A stretch of 64,000 bases of DNA from Eledone cirrhosa (lineage: Eukaryota): contig OZ024748.1 of assembly GCA_964016885.1 (NCBI GenBank), positions 28,954,001 through 29,018,000 on the forward strand, in the 5' to 3' direction. Position 1 is the first letter of the stretch. Each line of letters opens with the position of its first letter. The notes under the pieces are model-generated. The model made no database searches. It saw only the letters and a program-made list of their open reading frames with translations, and was not told the DNA's origin. The position numbers and the translations under genes were made by a program. This document shows, one piece after another, positions 58,677 through 64,000 of this stretch.

Positions 58677-58829
58677 AAGTGAGTAGAGTAGCGTGTGTGT
58701 GTTTGTTTGTATGTATGAGTGTTGCTGTGTGCGCGCGTATGTATGCGTGTGTGTGCGCGCATATGTATGCGCGTGTGTGTATGTCGTACGTATAAGTGTC
58801 AATAAGTGATTTTTTTTTTTGCGCGGGGG

Positions 58830-61190
58830 CATAGAAATAATCGGGCTGGATGCCCGATCGTGCAGTTAAACCACTGGGAGTGAAGAACCCCTAGCCCTTG
58901 TCAGGGCATTCTTCTAGGAGAAGGCATCTCAGGAAACTGGGTTAACTCCGACATAAAACCTGCGGCTCAGTAGTTACCGATGATGTTGATCTTTTCTTCT
59001 TTTCGGGTTATAGCTACTGTCGCTCAGAGAGTGGGATTGGCTCAGTGCACAGTCTTTCCTCACTTTAAAAATATTCGTCACGCACAGGCATTGCACGAAT
59101 GCATTAATAATTATTAATAGTGTACTATTATTATTATTATTACTATTATTATTACTTTTTTTTTTTCCATTCAATGATGTTCCAGAACAATATAAAAGAG
59201 ATAATTGGCAATTTAGGTTCTGGAACAAAAAAGATCATTGACAATAAGGGCAGGGGCCCCAGGTTATCACAGCCTGGGCCCGCTCGTCATCGTGCCATTG
59301 TAATAGAGCCAAACAAGGCATTTAGTCTTGGCTGCTGGAACGTACGGACGCTGCTTGACAGGGATTCCTTGGAGCGTCCTGAACGAAGGACCGCTCTTGT
59401 TGCAAAGGAGCTTCGACGTTACGATCTTGACATCGTGGCTTTATCTGAGACGAGGTTAGCTGGAGATGGTCATCTTACGGAATTTTGTGGAGAATATACA
59501 TTCTTCTGGAAAGGAAGAGATGTTCCAACAAAAGAACAAATTCAAGACCACATGGATGCATCCTGGATCTAAGGAATGGCATCTTTTGGACTACATCCTA
59601 GTCAGGATGAGTGACAGACAGGATGTGCAGTGTGTTCGTGTTCTTCGTGGAGCTGAGTGCTGGACGGACCACCGCCTGGTACGCGCAAAAGTGAAACTGA
59701 TCACTAAACGTAAAATCCGGGCTCCTGGTGTTGCCCTGCCCAAAAGATTGAATGCTGCTCGTCTTAAGGATAAAAATGTGAAGAGGACATTGGAAGAAGA
59801 GATGCAGGCTGCAGATCTTGGTGAGGATTGGCCGACCCTTAAAAAGTCGGTTTATGATGTAGGCAGGCGTGTTCTGGGATTGGTGCAGAGAAAACATCAG
59901 GACTGGTTTAATGAGAATGATGTACATATAGAAGACTTGTTGGCTGATAAGAGGCGTGCTCTGTCACGCTACTTGACGGCAAAACCACAGGAGAGGAATA
60001 CGTTGCATGAGGAACTCAGGGATGTAAAATCACGTGTTAGGCGGAGTCTTTCTCAGATGAAGGATCAGTGGTCGAGTGAGAAGGCTGGTGAGATACAAAC
60101 TGCGTCTGATTCCAATAACACAAAGCTGTTGTACAGTCTCTTGCGTGAGGTTTATGGACCGTCTTCTTCTCTGGTGACACCGCTTCGCAGCAAGGATGGC
60201 AAAGAACTTCTTCATGACTCACAAGGAATTCTACGAAGGTGGCGAGAGCACTTTGATGATCTTTTGAATCAGCCGTCTGTCATCAGTGAAGATTTCCTCA
60301 ATCTCATTCCAGAAAGTCCTGTGAAAGTAGCTCTCGCAGAACCTCCGACGCTTGTGGAGGTTGCAGTGGCTATTTCGAAGCTGAACAGTGGAAGATCTCC
60401 AGGTATGGATGGCATACATGCTGAGCTCCTACAATATCTTCACTCTTTGTTTGGCATGATATGGGCTAATGAATCCGTACCTGAGGACTGGAGAGATGCA
60501 GTAATGGTGGTCTTGTACAAGGGAAAGGGTAACAGGAATGATTGTGGGAACTACAGAGGTATATCATTGCTTTCTGTCGTAGGGAAAGTTTTATGTAGGG
60601 TGCTTCTGGACCGTCTGCTGACACACATTGCAGATTGTGTTCTTCCTGAAAGTCAATCTGGTTTGCGTGCTGGACGCGGCACTACTGATATGATCTTCTC
60701 AGCTAGACAGCTCCAGGAGAAGTGCATGGAACAAGGCTTGGATCTGTATCAGGTTTTTGTCGATCTGACAAAAGCTTTCGATACTGTTAACAGAGATGCA
60801 TTATGGAAGGTTCTCCAGAAACTTGGTTGCCCTGATAAGTTCCTTGCTTTAGTTAGGTCTTTCCATGACGACATGAAGGCTTGGGTTAATGTCGGGGGTA
60901 ACATGTCGGAGCCTATCTCAGTAAAAAATGGAGTGAAACAGAGGGATATTCCAGCACCGAGCCTGTTTGCCATATACTTTGCAATGGTTTTCTGTATTGC
61001 ATTCAGGAATTGCGAGCATGGTGTTTACATCCGATATCGAACCTCAGGCAGCATATTTAACATCAGGCGCTTTGCTGCGAAGACAAAAGTATTTACATCA
61101 ATCATAAGAGACCTCTTGTATGCAGATGATTGCGATCTTGTAGCGCACACAGAGAGTGATATGCAGCACATTTTGAATGCATTTTCTGCC
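58830..61190 (+). mobile_element. RTE-BovB-like LINE with 5' UTR, deleted APE and 3'-truncated RT
   Basis: LGCWNVRTLLD…PERRTALVAKEL…ALSETR; WMHPGSKEWHLLDYILVR; NYRGISLLS; FVDLTKAFDTV; LLYADDC (ORF 59466..61214). Confidence 0.92.
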
Positions 61191-61704
61191 GGTCAGGCAG
61201 AAATTAAAAATTAGAATTGGAGCTCTGAAATAGCAATATTTTAATTAAGCATAAAGTGTATTGCAAAATACATTATATATACATTCATATTTCAGAGCTC
61301 CAATTCTAATTTTTAATTTCTGCCTGACTGGCAACCGCTCTGTATAATCAGTTCCTGATTATTTACTAGAATTCTATAAGAATATAACATCAGTGATCTC
61401 AGTAGACAGGAGGGAGTAGTTAGCCTTGACAAGCATCAAAAAATGCTAAACAAAGCCTTGTCGGCTTATCTCCCCTTGTTTGCTGAGATTAAAGTAAGTG
61501 AGTCTGTCACTACTCTAAAACAATAGCATACGGTCTTCAAAATGCTTTTAATTAAGCATAAAGTGTATTGCAAAATACATTATATATACATTCATATATA
61601 TGTATGTATATATATATATATATGTATGTATATATATATGTATGTATATATATATATATATATGTATGTATATATATGTATATATATGTATGTATATATA
61701 TATT

Positions 61705-61740
<36 letters not shown>

Positions 61741-61778
61741 TATATATATGTATGTATATATATGTATATATATGTATG

Positions 61779-61811
<33 letters not shown>

Positions 61812-61832
61812 ATATATGTATATATATGTATG

Positions 61833-61863
<31 letters not shown>

Positions 61864-62355
61864 GTATGTATATATATATATATGTATTTATATATATATA
61901 TATATGTATATATAAATCAGGAAAGAAGGTTTACATGGTTTGCTATACAAAAAAGTTTTTATTCACATAGCTTACATTTGTTTCACTGATGTAAGCTATG
62001 TCTAGAGATCGCTATCCGCTTAATTTTGCGTCATTCGATCGCCAATACAGAATTATAACCAGTCAGATCTTCGGAGCATGCGAGAATGAAGAAAATACAC
62101 AGGCAAGAAAAGAAAAGAAAATATGGAGTAGTTATGGCATTCAATTAGAACAATAACAACAACAATTATTACAACAATGCTATCAATAAACTATTTAAGG
62201 AGACCCTGGTGGGGGGTATATAATGTATCTAATGTTACGGCATGAAAGTCAGCTGTCATAAGGCAAAAAGTATCGTAGTGTGTATCAATTTTAAATTATA
62301 AAGATAAGCTATATATGTATATATATATATGTATGTATATATATATATATGTATG

Positions 62356-62386
<31 letters not shown>

Positions 62387-62862
62387 ATATATATATATAT
62401 ATGTATGTATATATATATGTGTATATATATATATGTATGTATGTATATTGTTATACTTGGGGAGGGTCATATTTGTATAATATTGCCAGAATTAATAACA
62501 GAACACACTCACTGTTTGGTTGGTTTTCGCTTTTCGCTTCTGTGTCTTTTATATCGGTAATCTAATTTATTTGGTCCTCAATGTTGCCATTGACTGACCG
62601 ACGGTCAAAAATAATACAGATATAATATAGACACAAACACATATATATAGTTTATCAAAGTTCTTTCGTTGCACATCTGCAACAGCGTCAGTGGTGCTAT
62701 TGTTTCCTCCCGTTACATTGTATGTCTACGCCATTTTTATTTAGTCTGTCTATATATTTATTTATTTATTTGTTTGTTTGTCCCCAAGTATAACAATATT
62801 GGTTTCGACACACGATTTCATATAAAAAACCTCGCAAAACTAATTCATCGCCGTTATGTATG

Positions 62863-62893
<31 letters not shown>

Positions 62894-63039
62894 ATATATA
62901 TATATATATATATATGCGAGCAAGACAACCACTGTTGCCTCAAGTGGGAAAACCCCCGTCCAAACCCATGCAAGCGTGGAACATGGACGTTAGACGATGA
63001 TGATGATGATGATATATATCTATGTATATATATATATGT

Positions 63040-63600
63040 CAGGTCACCAGTTGGTGCTACTGGTAACATGTATCCCAGTACAACCTGTCTCATGGTCGGG
63101 TCGTTGGCGACTGAACTGGCAACCCCACCAAGGTTTCTTGGTGAGGTGGGTGACTTTGGACATCCTGCAGGACTAAAAACAAAACCATTCAAAGGGCAAA
63201 GGAGCTCTTAAGAGTCAATGGCCATCCAAAATCACCAGCAGAATTCTAGGAGAAGGAAAACTCTGATATAACACCTGCAACCCTGATGGTATCCAATGAT
63301 GTTGACTTGTTCTTCTTTTTGGTAAATATCATCTTGGTTAAGAGAGTGGGACTGGCTTTGTGCAGTGCCTTTGCTCACTATAAAAGCTTCACGGCACAGG
63401 CATTGCTTTATATCTGGAGATCTCTCTGCACTTGTCGTCACATGATACCATGGGCCCAGCACTATGTGCCAATAATTGTCACAAGTATAGTGTTTGTACC
63501 AGAGTTTTCAAGTCGCTGGCTGGACTAAAAAGTCACACTCGTTCAGCGCATCGGTAGGGGTTCTCCTACATGGATATAAAGTAGTGGCCGTACTCGAAAA
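63040..63600 (+). mobile_element. RTE 5'UTR-derived non-autonomous element
   Basis: Shares ctaggagaagg…acctgc…atgatgttga with the RTE 5' UTR at about 58900-58990. Confidence 0.5.
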
Positions 63601-64000
63601 CGAGTTGGCAACCACCATATGTATATATATATCATCATCATCATCATCATCAACGTTTAACGTCCGTGTTCCACGCTTGCATGGGTTTGGATGGGGGTAG
63701 TCCCACTTGAGGCAAGAGTGATTGTCTTGCTCGCATAGGACTGTCTGGCAGGTTTTCTACAGTTGGATGCCCTTCCTAACACCAACCACATTTACAGTGT
63801 GGGTCTGGGAGGTTTTTACCGTGTTGCCTACACGGCCACATTGCAGTGTGGACTGTGTGTTTTTTTGTCGTGACACCTACACGATCTCATTTGTTTCGGC
63901 CTGGATGGCGCGGCACCAACATAACTTTACATAGAACGGGGTGGTGTGGATTGGGTGGGGGTGGGGGTGGTGGGACGGGGTATTTTGTTAGAGATGCCTA

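Overview
AT-rich, repeat-dense eukaryotic genomic DNA. The SINE families, (TA/TATG)n tracts and RTE LINE load suggest an invertebrate, most like a cephalopod such as Octopus (inference). One host gene runs through the window on the + strand: a SAFB/SLTM-family (scaffold attachment factor B-like) RRM protein. I could chain 19 GT-AG exons from 2210 to 51258 into one open frame of 2506 nt (about 835 codons); the start and stop codons are not among them and appear to lie outside the window. The gene carries a coding 15-bp minisatellite (xTSKP x12) and a tandemly duplicated 96-nt coiled-coil exon. The introns hold a young full-length Ty3/Gypsy element (tRNA-Trp PBS, GGGAAAC -1 frameshift signal), many RTE LINE fragments, an R4/Dong-type RLE LINE fragment, Penelope-like element (PLE) fragments, DD37D and mariner transposons, Helitron-like and MITE elements, tRNA-SINEs, and a 617-bp x ~6.9 near-identical tandem array. 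The most notable non-coding signal is a set of type I hammerhead ribozyme motifs, several inside palindromic elements and lying sense to the host pre-mRNA. Each 617-bp unit also carries a non-canonical hammerhead-like motif. Most long ORFs in the supplied track are microsatellite artefacts. All calls were made by eye, without database searches.
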